A stretch of DNA of 20,000 bases from Cystobasidiomycetes sp. EMM_F5 (GCA_051047955.1 JBPGPT010000023.1:236205-256204); one strand, 5' to 3'. Positions 1-10,274 are shown, numbered from the stretch's first letter. The notes: generated by a model from the sequence alone, not told the origin. Made by a program: numbers and translations.

Positions 1-1430
1 TGATTTCGCAACAGTCTACGCCGAATATCCTCTCTTCCCTCTTTAGCCTGGCTGCCGAGCAGGACTCTCGACTTGTGCTCATTGGGATAGCGAACGCCTT
101 GGATCTTACCCAACGGCATCTCGCTCACCTGCAATATGCAGGTAGCTCCAAGAATGCCCGCCACGATCAACCAGAGCTACTGCACTTTCGGCCCTTCTCT
201 TCCACAGAGATGGTAGCCATTGTAAAATCTCGACTCGCACCACTCCACGGACGCGGAGACAACTCATCGCTACCGCTCCCAATCATTATGCCACCTGCGC
301 TTGAGCTCGCCGCAAAGAAAGTCTCGGCAGTATCAGGCGACCTGCGGATTTTCCTTTCGTTGATTCGAAAAGCTGTAGAGCTGTTTGAGCAGGAGCAGCG
401 CAAATTATCAGCAGCCAATGAGGAAAGCGAGTCTACCTCTCCCACTTTGAAAAGGCGGAAAATAACGGCAGCAGCTGGGCAAACTTCGCCGAAGAAGGAG
501 GATTCGCTCGCTCACTATGATGCAACGAATGCACCAAAATTGACACCTGCTCATATATTGAAAGCAACGCGGCTTATATCGCTTGCTACATCCAGTAGTG
601 CGAGTACGACAAGTCAGGGTACTACTTCCCTCTCTGCTGCCGGTACTGCCTCAAATGGTCTGCTGGAAGCCAAGATTACCGACATTAATCTGCAAGGACG
701 TATCGCTCTCGCAGCCTTTATCATTGCAGTTGAGCGCGTACAGACGAGACCCTTTGAGGCGACTTCTGCTCCAGCCATCGATGCGCAGACCAGGCCTGCT
801 GATCTATACAGTCTATATCGCAGCTTGCTCGACAAGCACGATGTACTGCATCCCGTCAGTTCGAGCGAGTTTGGCGACCTGTTGAGCGGTCTGCATACAA
901 GAGGTCTTGTTGGATTCCAGCGAGAACACGGCAAGACCACCTCTCCGAGAAATGGCAAGTCGCCATCTGGAAGGACCGGTTCACCCGCTACGCTCGCTCC
1001 TCCGACGCTCATGCGGAGATCATCTTCATCGTCCTCGACTGGATCCGGTCGCTCAAGATCTCCTTCCCCTTCCGCCAATCAAGCCCCGATTGTATTACTG
1101 TATTCCTCCATGGATCTCGCTCAGGTCTTACGGAAGACCAAACCTGCAGAAGCGGCTTCTATCTGTTCTGCCATGCTGGCAAAAGAGGAGAAGCGACTTA
1201 GACGGGTAAAGATGGCGTGGGAGAGGGCAGAGGCAGAACAAAGAGAGAGGCGAGACGCTCCTACAGCAGGCTTTCACGGTGATGGTCTCGAGAATGTGGA
1301 TGTCGCGCTTGTGGGCAAGCGAGATCGACGTGGTACAGATCATGATGAGGACGACGACCTGCGCAATGCCGAGAATCACGAGAATATACCAAGCAAAACT
1401 GCCGATGACGATGACGATCCGTTCATATAA
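1..1430 (+). CDS. CDC6: Cell division control protein Cdc6/Cdc18 (AAA+ ATPase C-terminal part and winged helix), 5'-truncated by the window
   Basis: The frame is open from position 3 (ISQQSTPNILSSLFSLAAEQDSRLVLIGIANALDLTQR). LIGIANALDL, 'F.PFS..EM..I...RL' and 'ALELAAKKVSAVSGDLR' are Cdc6/Cdc18 hallmarks, followed by a winged-helix segment (LYSLY...SEFGDLLSGLHTRGLV). Stop TAA at 1428-1430. Confidence 0.9.
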   Translation, partial: ISQQSTPNILSSLFSLAAEQDSRLVLIGIANALDLTQRHLAHLQYAGSSKNARHDQPELLHFRPFSSTEMVAIVKSRLAPLHGRGDNSSLPLPIIMPPALELAAKKVSAVSGDLRIFLSLIRKAVELFEQEQRKLSAANEESESTSPTLKRRKITAAAGQTSPKKEDSLAHYDATNAPKLTPAHILKATRLISLATSSSASTTSQGTTSLSAAGTASNGLLEAKITDINLQGRIALAAFIIAVERVQTRPFEATSAPAIDAQTRPADLYSLYRSLLDKHDVLHPVSSSEFGDLLSGLHTRGLVGFQREHGKTTSPRNGKSPSGRTGSPATLAPPTLMRRSSSSSSTGSGRSRSPSPSANQAPIVLLYSSMDLAQVLRKTKPAEAASICSAMLAKEEKRLRRVKMAWERAEAEQRERRDAPTAGFHGDGLENVDVALVGKRDRRGTDHDEDDDLRNAENHENIPSKTADDDDDPFI

Positions 1431-1786
1431 TTGTTCAATAGAATGTAGCTAATGCTGTCAACACGAAGGCGGAGAAGTATGCTGTTGTCAACAGAAGTGA
1501 TAGGTCATCGTCACCATTCGAAAACAGTACAAAAGAAACATAGAGCCTTTGCTCGTTTGCAACATCACTGTTCAGTTAAGCTTGAAGCAGATTCTCCGCA
1601 ATGCATGGCGTATTGCGCTTGCACCCAGTTATGCTACAGGGGTGCGATGGCACGCGTTCGTCTATATGTACAAGTAGATTGTAGGTATGTTGCTCCCAGG
1701 AGAAGACAGGAATGTCACTGTTGGACGATCATAAGATCTTTAGATTGCTATGATCATTAGATCTTTAATTGCCGCACACAAGGCAG

Positions 1787-2902
1787 CTACAGGACATCCT
1801 TGAGGGAAGGACTGTCTTCTGCTCGCGCAGTATGAGACTGCTGTTTACCCAGCGTATGCATCTCGTCCCGAATCCTGTCGCCCCGGTCTGTCTGTTCTTC
1901 GAGCGGATCTACATCGTGTCGTTGTTCTTGCACTGGTGCCTCCTCCTGCTCAATGACAATGTCATGCTCCTTGACACCTCCGTCTCCGTCTGCTTTGTCT
2001 TCACCTAGTTCGCCTGCACCGGGCGAGGTCGAAGCAGAGACTAGCGCATCAACGTCTGCCATGCTGACTGATGGATCTGGTAGCGGCACATCCTCCAACT
2101 CCTCCCCGACCAGCGCATCTTGCGGTCTACCCAACCAGTCTGAAAGGTACTGGACAGAGTCTACGTCGATGACTATCCGCTTGTGCTGCAGCAGACTGTA
2201 GACGTCGACATCGTCAATCAGACGTACTTGCACTCCGGGTAGATTGCGAGTCGAAAGGTGGAACTCTTTGGGTATTTCAGAGAGGAGGAAGAGAGAGGAA
2301 GAGAATGCGGATGTGGAGGGTGAAGTGTAGAAGGATTCGAGGAGGAGTCTTGTTGATATTGTATCTGGGCGTGGCACGTCGGGAATAACGCAGAGCTGTG
2401 AAGACAAGGTATGAGCTTTGAGTGCACACGATTGAGAGGAACGAGTACACACCTCTGACCGTCTCCACCTCTCGCTCAGAGCTGTCCGGATGCCCATCTC
2501 AAACACCTTTCTCGGGAGCCCAATCGACCAGTCCTTTGGCTGTTTGGCAAATGCCCGCCCTCCACCGCGTCTGATGGGACTGCGCACGCTCCCGACCCTC
2601 GCCCTTCCCGACCCCTTCTGCCGCATAATCTTCCTGCTCGAGCCCTTGACCTGGGCCCTGTTCTTGTTTGCTGCGGTTCCCTGGCGGAGTCCGAGGAGGT
2701 GCGCCCTCACGCACTGGTGGAGTATATCTGGGCGAGGCTGGGCGTTGAAGATGTGCGTCGGTAGGGTAACGTAGCTGGGGGCGACTGCCTTTGACGTCGA
2801 TGGGGGCCATGCTGTCAGTGGGAGATGGACGACTGGCGGGATGACGGGGGGCACAGCATGGGCGGACACAGAAAACAGACGCCGTGCGAGGGTGTGAAAC
2901 AT
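1787..2902 (-). CDS. YML6: Mitochondrial large-subunit ribosomal protein uL4m (YmL6/MRPL4), ~352 aa; exons 2902-2453 and 2395-1787
   Basis: L4 signature RPDILHQCV...RQGTA..KNRAQVKGSSRKIMRQKGSGRARVGSVRSPIRRGGGRAF. The N-terminus MFHTLARRLFSVSA resembles a mitochondrial presequence. A 57-nt GTGTGT...CACAG intron at 2452-2396 is inferred. Confidence 0.92.
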   Translation of the reverse strand: MFHTLARRLFSVSAHAVPPVIPPVVHLPLTAWPPSTSKAVAPSYVTLPTHIFNAQPRPDILHQCVRAHLLGLRQGTAANKNRAQVKGSSRKIMRQKGSGRARVGSVRSPIRRGGGRAFAKQPKDWSIGLPRKVFEMGIRTALSERWRRSEVCTRSSQSCALKAHTLSSQLCVIPDVPRPDTISTRLLLESFYTSPSTSAFSSSLFLLSEIPKEFHLSTRNLPGVQVRLIDDVDVYSLLQHKRIVIDVDSVQYLSDWLGRPQDALVGEELEDVPLPDPSVSMADVDALVSASTSPGAGELGEDKADGDGGVKEHDIVIEQEEAPVQEQRHDVDPLEEQTDRGDRIRDEMHTLGKQQSHTARAEDSPSLKDVL

Positions 2903-3087
2903 AATAACCAAGGATGATTGGATGGAGGAGAGAGGTTTGAGGGAGGTCAGGTCAGCTTAGTCAGCCCCTTCTCTCTCCCTCTCCCTCTCTCGCTTAGTCA
3001 GCACCCCCTTTGGAAGAAATGAAAACTGATCGTGCGAGCCTTCCAACCCCTGCTTGACACCAACACCCCTGCATACTCGCACATACA
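2903..3087. promoter_or_regulatory. Putative bidirectional promoter between uL4m and RPL43
   Basis: Only 185 bp separate the divergent ATGs (2902 minus, 3088 plus). The spacer has two exact GCTTAGTCAGC copies (2955-2965, 2992-3002) flanking a CT-rich tract. Confidence 0.6.
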
Positions 3088-3774
3088 ATGGTGAGCAGTG
3101 CTGCTGCCATCTCTCAATCAGACTGCGCTGACTCTCCGGATTCGCTGCCCTTTTTTCCCGCTCGTCTGGCATTCAATTTCGATGAAATACGAATGACAAT
3201 GAAATATCAATAATGGCAATTCGCGCTACAACGATGCCCGATACCCGCCCAATACGATACACGCTCTCTCTCATTCCAGGCTAAACGAACAAAGAAAGCC
3301 GGAATCAGTACGTTCAGCCATTGATGCACAGCTTGCACGACCCTGCACGACGTCCATCGGGGATGTTGGGAGCACGACTGATACGACTAATCTGCAGCCG
3401 GAAAGTACGGTACCCGTTATGGTGCATCGTTGAGGAAGGAGGTCAAAAAGATGGAAATCAGCCAGGTTTGTCACTTGCATCTGTCCACTCGAGACGACAT
3501 CATGCCGATACTTGTCGTCACTCCTCCTCTACAGCACGGACGATACAAGTGCTCATTCTGCGGCAAGGATACCGTCAAGCGTTCAGCAGTAGGAATCTGG
3601 AATTGCAGTGCTTGCAGGAAAACTGTGGCAGGTGGTGCTTGGACTGTTGGAACCCCTTCCGCGGCCATTGTCAGGAGGTGGGCACTGTCCGATAATTGAC
3701 TATTCTACCGATTGCTGAATGGCACAATTCTCCACAGTACCGTACGACGACTTCGAGAGCTGGCAGATGCGTAA
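3088..3774 (+). CDS. RPL43: 60S ribosomal protein eL43 (L37a), 92 aa; exons 3088-3090, 3280-3307, 3398-3465, 3535-3677, 3738-3774
   Basis: Spliced product [92 protein letters not shown] matches eL43, including its C4 zinc ribbon. All four introns are GT-AG and keep the frame. Confidence 0.97.
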
Positions 3775-4454
3775 ACCTGTAGTACCTCATTGTTTTCACC
3801 ATCGTGGCTTGCTGCAATGAAGGAAGTTTGGTAGCATATGTGGGGACTGTTCATCTCTCACTCGTCGACATTCAACATGCTACATCTGACCGCATGGCCG
3901 GTGGGCTAAGCCCTACGCGCCATGGCAAACATATGCACGTTTCAATCTTTCAAACAATTGGGCGCGCCCATTGCTGGTTTGCTGACCTGACAGACTGCAG
4001 ACTCATGGCTGGCTGACGAGTTATTGTGTGCGAATTGCCTGCGAGACGTACTCACTGTCTCTGGTGATTTCCGCGCATTCGGGTAGGAACCCCCACACAA
4101 GATGGCTTGCGGCCGAAGAGCTTGCCCTTTTTTGCCATGCTGTACACCCAGACCAGCACTGCAGCTTACTGATCCGCTCTTGAAATCTCGTCAACTAAAT
4201 TCAGCAAAATCAGTCGCCCTGAAGGCCGTCCTCCACATAGCTGAGACTTGCTAACTTCTCACAGACATTTCCTTATTGACAGTCCCGTATTCCTCTAGCT
4301 GCAAGCATCACAATACTGCTGTGCAGTCACCTTTTCAAACCCACAAGCATTCACTGTCGAGTGTGTCGTACAAATCGTCCCACTCTCGGTTAGGAGCACC
4401 TTGTCCAGTAAGATTATCCCACTGCAAACGTTTTTGGATTACATTCCCCCAAGT

Positions 4455-5417
4455 ATGCTTGCACTGCCCCTCCCCCGGAGTTACTCCTCTGCTTTCGTCG
4501 CACTGCTGGCAACGAGCGGCTTCATCCTATCAGGTTTGTCAGGCATTGCAGCATCGCGATGTTTCGTGATCCTGACGTGTCGCCGTCATCAACAGCAAGC
4601 GCCATTATAACGCCGAGGCATGCGCGGTTTCACCAACGAGCCGTTCCAGTTATACATCGTCCTACAGACTCACAGATACTGTCTGCAAGAGCCTATGAAG
4701 CGGTATCCACGACAACTATCCCACCTCACAATCGGCTGCGGGAGCGCAATACACATCCTACTGGAGCGTTGGCAGCTAGAGACGGTCCAGTTGCTCTGCC
4801 AGGCGATATTTGGGACCTGGCAAAATGCACCAACCCTAATCCATGTGTAAGTGCACGTCAGATGGCCAGACTGCGCATGCAATGCCAACGCTGACTGCCT
4901 GTCACAATGCGCCCCAGTTCTCTAACGGAGTCGACATGGGTATCACTACTGTGAGTTCAGCTGTAACGCAGGTTGGGCTACTTGTCTACTAACAGGTTGT
5001 TACTCTGCTCGCAAGGACGCTTGCAATGCCTTGTCAGACTATTGGTGGATGGAAAGTCAGACTGACACCCTCACCAGTGGAGCTGCAATGTCTTTGCCTC
5101 TTAACGACGTAACCAAATGCCAAGCCAGCATGTAAGCTCGAAGTCGGACAGTGTCTATTCAATTCAGCTCATCCCCTCCTTTCGAAAGCACTCCCGTTGG
5201 TAATTCTCCCAGTGCCAGTTTTCTCCGCAAAGACATGCTCAACGGTCTCAAAGCAATGGCTAAAACGTGCGCAGACAAGAGTCAGAAGGCTGTCTACTGC
5301 CGACTCGCGTATCAGGGCGGCAATCTAGACCTCTGCATCGCCGCACCAGGACAGTCTTGCTCGCCAGCAGGATCCGCATCGTCACTCAGTGCTAGCAGCG
5401 CATCGCACAGTACGTGA
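4455..5417 (+). CDS. Orphan secreted cysteine-rich pre-pro-protein, ~235 aa; exons 4455-4533, 4596-4846, 4918-4950, 5016-5131, 5189-5417
   Basis: Four GT-AG introns (62, 71, 65, 57 nt; branch motifs CCTGAC, GCTGAC, TACTAAC, GCTCAT) join three partial ORF-track entries and two small exons into one stop-free frame. N-terminus MLALPLPRSYSSAFVALLATSGFILSASA has a hydrophobic core and an A-x-A cleavage site. There are 8 Cys, all in the C-terminal 147 aa. Confidence 0.78.
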
Positions 5418-5621
5418 TCAGCCTCAATAAGCGATACAATGTTTCTCTCCATGTGGATGTATACAGAAGCTGTGCTTTACACTATTCTTCTAAAGATGCT
5501 ATATCACGCGGCAACTCTTTAGGGACTCGTCATCAACGGAAATGCTGAACAGATACAAGCTCGCTTAATCGTCTACTGATGTACTGATGTACAAGAAATA
5601 TTCTCACGCCTGTGACTTGAT

Positions 5622-8446
5622 CTACAGCTTCGATTGAGGAACCTGTGGCTTGGAAGTAGAGGCCTTTCGGACCTCTGGATCGTGAATGTCGGGGTTCCAG
5701 ATGATACCGTTAATGGCTGCGGGTCAATGACAATATAAGCTCGCGGCATTTTACTTGAACGCAGAAAGAATGCTTACGTTCCCTGACGGCAAAGTCAAAG
5801 AGAGCCCTGTACACGTCTCCGTCGGATCTGCCCAATGACGAATTGAGCAGATAGTCTGGTAACTTGAAGGCTTCCACGAGTGGCACTGCCTGTGGTCGGA
5901 TGATAGTGAGCAGCTCGTCCACGCGCGACCGCAGCATCTCCGCTTGATCCGGGGAGAGGTAATTTGCTCGCATGAAGTCCGCAGCCTCCGTGTCCATAGT
6001 ATAGCATGCTATCATCTACGTCAGAACTTGCCATAAGTCCCATAGAAAGTCTATATTTCGCTCACCGAAAAGCTCAAACACCGTCGACATTATATGATGC
6101 AGGGCGGGATGTGCTTTCAGCTTTTCATCGTTCTTGAGAGCATTTGCAAAGTTGAGGACCAAGTAGAATTGGGCGTGCGCTTTGCTAGCCCTGTACATTT
6201 CGACCAACAGGCTGTTCCAGGTACGCCTCTCGATATCACGCTTTCGTACGAGCTGTCCGACGATGTGAGCGGTACGGAAACCGAATGCATCGACAAACAT
6301 GTCAACATCGTGCAGATCACCACTGTACTTGATGTTTGCTTTGCGGTACGGATCAGCCTAATAGCCGATCAATCAGCATCCCTCTCTTGTAGGAGTAATA
6401 TTCGGCATACCAGGTAGGCCTTAATGTAATCCATTGTTACGCTGCCATTTGATGGCTCGTCTCGCTTTTCAAAGATGGTCCTGAATGTCTTCATCAAGTA
6501 TCTTGCAGTTTGCTGAGTCAACATATACCTGATGCAGATGTTATTCATTGCTTGATGGTAGAGCACAAAAGTGAAACTCACGAGTCGCCTTCCCAAGTAA
6601 CTTGCGGCAAATAGTCGGCATATTGCTGACCCATACCAGCCGACGAAGAGTAACCGTGACCACCGCATGCCCTTCTACACTCTTCAATAGAGCCCGCAGC
6701 AGTAATTGTCGACAAACTCTTCAGAGCTGAGCTGAGTGCATGAGTGTCGGCAAGCAGAGAAAAGTCGCCACCTTTCATGTTGTCCAAGTTATCGGTGTAT
6801 AATTTGAACATGGCAACTCCAGCTTTGAGACAAGATTTAGCATGAAGACGGTCGAGCCTGCGCCATGACAAACTTACTGAAATGGAAAGCGTACGCTTGA
6901 GCCAGGATGGGGAACAGTCGGTATTGCACCATTGAGTAATTTAGGACTTGAGTTTCTGCCGGCTGATCGAATGTACATATTCATCAGAACCGCACAGAAA
7001 TAACGAGAGTGAAGCACTCACTCTCCGGTCATCGAGTTGGGGAGCATCTTTATCGGCAAACTGTCTTCGCACGGCACAATCTGCGGTGAAAAGGACGATG
7101 TCAGAACGCAAAGTACTCTTGCACGAAAGCCTCCTGCTTACATCTGATAGCAATAGTGGCAGCCCTCGCAATGACATCCCGCGCAGATCTCACAATCCCC
7201 GCACGGATGTAGACCATTGTTCCGTATGCCAGCTTGTCATGCGCCTATTAGGAGGTTGCGTCAATTGGGCCTCTGGCCGCATCATCTCGCATTATTGGAA
7301 CTTACAGGCTTGGTGTACTTTCCGCTATTCTTGTCAATTTGACTGTACTTGGCGAAGAAATGGTTATGAGGGCTGAATACGCAGAATCAGTAAGGCTGTT
7401 GATTTCATGGCGACATCGCTCGCCTACATTCTGACATGGTCGAGCAGTAAAAACCCGTTATCTACCGTATTGAATCCGAACTTTGGGCCAATGTCACCGA
7501 TGGTGCATCCTGGCAAAGCTTCTCTCGTGATTGGATCACGGATCGGTACGACAAAAGGATGTGGTCCATAGTTTTTGCCCTTGATAACAAGCTGAGCCAT
7601 GACGCAGGAATGGGTTGCAGTGCGACCGAGACCGCCAGACCACCATTTAGCGGAAGTCAAAGTAGGCGAGTGTAGCTCAAATTCCTGGTCTTCTGGTATA
7701 TACGTAGCCGTGGTTTCCAGTCCTTGAACATTACTGCCATGGCCCAACTCTGTTTGAGAGTAGCAGCCGATGATTTCATATCTCTGTGACGGCTCCAAGA
7801 ACAGCTTATGCTGCTCGTCCGTGCCCTGATCGCGCAGAGTCTTGGTCCACATACTTCGATGTAGATTGAATGTACCGGGAATATCGATAAGGAACTCTGC
7901 CATCATCGTATCTTCGTCGTTCCAACGATTCTCCGTAATCATTTGCGCCAAGCGCTTCTCCTGAAAATACCGTAACGAGTTAGCAGAATTATGAGATAGT
8001 AAGGATTCTCCCGACCTTTCGCATGCCCATCTCGTACTTTTCCATCCGGCCTTGGTAGTGGAGGTTGGCCTTGTTGAATGCCGGCTCCTTTTCGACGATT
8101 GCGAGTATACGATGCATGCGGTCGAGGTAGGCATCGCCATAGATGTAGGATGCCAGCTGGTCGACACCGAATGACTGTAACATGTGGGATTGCAGACGTC
8201 AGTATCGTGTCTATTCTTCCGGAGCTTCCGGACTCGGCGACTGACGGCTCTGCTTCTTTCAATGTCCAGCAAGCGTTTCCCTGTGTGAACCACAGCAACA
8301 TCAGCGCACAGTCTGAAGAATCAGCAACTCCAAGCCTCACCAGACGAGCCAGGGATACGAAGCTCTGACGAGATCTGGACGTTTACGGGCTGCAAGGGGT
8401 CACCATCCTGCCCGAGCGAGGTGAGATCGACTGTCTCCTGAGGCAT
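5622..8446 (-). CDS. POX1: Peroxisomal acyl-CoA oxidase, ~707 aa; 13 exons: 8446-8341, 8280-8246, 8174-8016, 7960-7428, 7372-7306, 7244-7142, 7080-7022, 6962-6878, 6822-6582, 6528-6411, 6357-6066, 6008-5778, 5716-5622
   Basis: Motifs GCYSQTELGHGSNVQGLETTATY, KWWSGGLG, GDIGPKFGFNTVDNG, TIAIRYCAVRRQF, CRRACGGHGYS, TWEGD (catalytic Glu) and LNSSLGRSDGDVY. The last exon ends QSKL*, a PTS1 signal. Exon lengths sum to 2124 nt, which is in frame. Confidence 0.96.
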
Positions 8447-8691
8447 GGTGCGAGGTCTGAGAGGTGTTGTATAAATGATGCTGCGACTTGAAGTTGTCAC
8501 AATTCCAAGATGCTCGTCCAGTCTTTCTCTGTCGCGGCGATGGAAAATACCGTCACCACCGACCGGCTCAGCGCTGGCCGGGGCCGGAGCAGGCACCACA
8601 CAAAAATTGGTAGACATCTTTGGCGTGACACATCAGCAATGACGATTAGAGGACAATGGCTGCAGCTGTGCTTCGAGAAGACGCTGGCTAG

Positions 8692-10034
8692 CTACAATCT
8701 GAGATACTGCGTGGGCTTCGTGACCATGCTAAGGTGGCTCGTTTTGCGGGCAAACAGCTGCTGCCAGACGATGTTGGCTTCTTCAGTCTAGACATTCAAG
8801 TCAGAACGTCAGCATGCCTTTCAGAAAGACGCCGTGGCTACTCACAGTCGGATCATGAAACGCAAGATCCTGCCACAACTCCTGCTCGGCGGCTTTGGCA
8901 GGTCCAAACAGCGATGCAGCAGCTCTGCCAGTCTTGAAGTCACCCTTTCCACCTTGCTTGCCCCCTCCATCTGCCCCTTCCTCTTGTTTGACAGTTGCAT
9001 GTACCAGCTTGACATCACCATTGGCCTGTCTCTTGGCAGCAGCCTGTGCTTTCCTCTTATCACGAGCCGCAATCTGCGCAACAGACGTGCCTCCTTCGTC
9101 CTCTTCGCCGGAAGACGCACCAGATTGTCCTTCGTCGTCACTGCCGTCGAGCGCTCGTCGTTCTCTTCGGGCATTATTCCTGTCGAGCGCAGCGATCCGG
9201 TCCAAATACTTCAGATGCGGCCGCATCTGAATGGTACGTGTCAGCGGTGTGAGATGCACTTCGTCTGCACGGTTCAGAGCACACGGCCATCAGCAATGTC
9301 GACTGAGACCACCAAGATCAACAAGCTTTGCGCCTTTACACACCGTCCTTTACTATTGCACAAGCGTACCAAGTTTGGTCAGGCAGAGGCTCGCCTGACA
9401 ACGTCATTCGACGCAAGGGCTTGTCACTTCCAGCTTCGTAAGCCAATTGCGCTTCTCTGCGTCCACGACCAGCTGTACTTTTTATTTTGCTACTGCCCAG
9501 TTCCCCGAGATCTGATTCCTGTTGGCCCCGACCCAATGCCTGCGCTCGATGCTCGTTGAAACGTCTCTCTTGCCTTCCTGCTTCGGCTTCAAGAGGTACC
9601 GACATTTCAAGGTGCCCGACTTTGGGCTTGTACCGCGCTGTAACTCTTTCGGTCGGCGGACGGTCATCGGGCGTGCCCTCATCAGGTCTGAGAGAAGGAG
9701 GTAGAAGAGGATGATGTGGGTGTCTTCCGGGAGGTCTATGTGGATATTGTAGAAGTGCAAGCGAGTCTGCCAGAGCTGGGGTTAGAAATACTGGCAGCGT
9801 CTTGATGACGGGGTCGTCTAAATCCGAGTCAGACTCTTCGTCGACCAGCATTCTGACGTGGTTGCTGTACCCTCGCCCCGAAATATCATCATCTTGCTTG
9901 ACGTCTTGCCGCTGGCGCTGTTTGCCCTTGTGCGGCGAAGGAGGCCGTCGTCCTTCGTCTTTTGGCTCATCGTCTTCGCTGTCTGAGGGTGGCCTAAACA
10001 GTTGTTGTGTCGTGTCCTTGGACGTGGAAGCCAT
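8692..10034 (-). CDS. RPC37: RNA polymerase III subunit RPC37/RPC5 (Sin_N family), ~401 aa; exons 10034-9344, 9264-8846, 8787-8692
   Basis: DDPVIKTLPVFL...LALLQYP.RP, ARYKPK.GHLEM.VPL, and YACAIVKDDEVHLTPLTRTIQMRPHLKYLD, followed by 'E.WQDL.FHD', match the Rpc37 pattern. Two canonical introns keep the frame. Confidence 0.88.
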
Positions 10035-10274
10035 ATTTGACAGGCGGAAAGGTATCAGTGAGACTGTTTGCAAGGTAGACTTTGAAACTTAGACGCAGAA
10101 AAAAACGGGGTCTCAGAAAGTAAGTACTAGCAAAGAGTGGAGGTTTGTCAAATGCAAGATCAACTATGTGCATATCTAGACCGAACGACGTCGCTTATGC
10201 TATGCACAGATGTTCCCTAAACGAAGCAGATTAATTTGCAACAAATGCAAGTGCGTTTTATACAATTCGTTGAT

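Noticed and set aside
1452..1498. Short imperfect direct repeat (atgctgtcaacacgaag / atgctgttgtcaacagaag) and a 102-aa ORF after CDC6
   Set aside because: Local duplication in convergent 3' UTRs, with no TIR/TSD structure or coding signal.
3170..3260. Possible intronic box C/D snoRNA in RPL43 intron 1
   Set aside because: Only a partial C box (cGATGA), with no downstream CTGA D box and no terminal stem.
3800..4450. Additional gene or 5'-UTR introns (GCTAAC...CACAG ending at 4264; GTAAGA at 4408)
   Set aside because: Isolated splice-like signals with no coherent coding frame on either strand; unsupportable without transcripts.
4951..4995. Alternative acceptor CAG at 4995 in the secreted-protein gene
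   Set aside because: It directly abuts the TACTAAC branch site and leads to a stop after 38 codons; AAG at 5015 keeps the frame.
8834..9559. 241-aa plus-strand ORF
   Set aside because: Antisense shadow of RPC37 with no recognisable motifs.
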